From Azolla caroliniana (taxonomy: Eukaryota; Plantae; Polypodiophyta), in assembly GCA_043228905.1 (NCBI GenBank), contig JBHGNT010000010.1:9176001-9240000 (forward strand): DNA of 64,000 nucleotides, written 5' to 3'. Below, one piece after another: positions 63,220-64,000 of the stretch; position 1 is the first letter of the stretch, and each line of letters starts with the position of its first letter. The position numbers and the translations under genes are program-made. The notes under the pieces are model-generated. The model searched no databases, was not told the DNA's origin, and worked only from the letters and a program-made list of their open reading frames with translations.

Positions 63220-64000
63220 AAATTAGCATGACTCAAAATGGATAGCCGGCCTCCAAATGGAGTCAAGAAATTTATATTACACAAGACTTGAACCCTTCTT
63301 CATTTGGAGAATGTATCCTAATGATGAACTTGTTGACTGTACAGATACATTATTTGATTTTTTCCAAGCTTAGCTTGATGCTTTTAACTTTGTCATGATC
63401 AAAAGACATGTATAATATGTTGCGATCATATTTGTGTAGTAGTAGTTTCCCTAGATTGTGCATTGTTAGAAAATCGATATATTAACGACAAAATGACATC
63501 AAATGTATCCTTGTATTGGCTTGTATCCAAATCTAGATAATATTATTACAATTTCTTGTTTGGGTTCCCTCACACCATCCATAACCATTTAGATAATCAA
63601 AATATTAGGAAAGATATATTGCATCCACTGAATCATCATTGTACATGGTCAACAATAGAAGGCAGCACATTTTGAAACTATTTGCTACAATTTTAGGAAA
63701 AACAATGCAGCCATCAAGGACATGTCTCCATTGTAGAAAGTAAACAGAGAGCTAAGTTTGGTAGAAGATTAAACAAGACCAACTTTCCATGAATCATGCA
63801 TGCCCTTGGAACTCTACATACACTTCATGGAAAAACACTATAAGAGGAACCTTGAGTTGCTATAATTCTATCCCAACATGGGATTTTATCATTAAAATGG
63901 TGTGGAAGCACATACTCCCCTTTATCTTCATTTTGACACAACCTTTATTAGTTGAGGCTAATAATATTGATTGTGTATGCTTCATCTCATCCCTAAGCAA

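Overview
Land-plant nuclear DNA, probably a fern or another seed-free plant (inferred from the RTEX-like LINE and an apparently pre-edited nad4L fragment). The window is dominated by decayed, nested retrotransposons: a Copia holding an 8.5-kb Gypsy (4838-13370, TSD GACG[T/C]), a full Copia at 34962-40504 (TSD TCCAA), a Copia inside a Copia at 43190-49127 (TSD CCCTT) and three TSD-flanked solo LTRs. The only intact-looking host gene is a 5-exon NRT1/PTR (NPF8-like) transporter (52544-63219, +) with an 8-kb TE-filled intron. The most unusual part is 14.5-27.5 kb. It holds a tandem array of about 16 tRNA-Leu(UAA)-like units of two alternating types, one still a near-perfect cloverleaf. The array has been invaded by an RTEX-like LINE at (TC)n tracts, by a hAT-type MITE, and by a LINE 3' tail fused to a tRNA copy (SINE-like chimera). 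It is followed by a train of captured sequences (unknown plant gene fragment, RPL15 retrocopy, mitochondrial nad4L), each bounded by (GA)n. All calls come from reading the sequence by eye; no database search was run.
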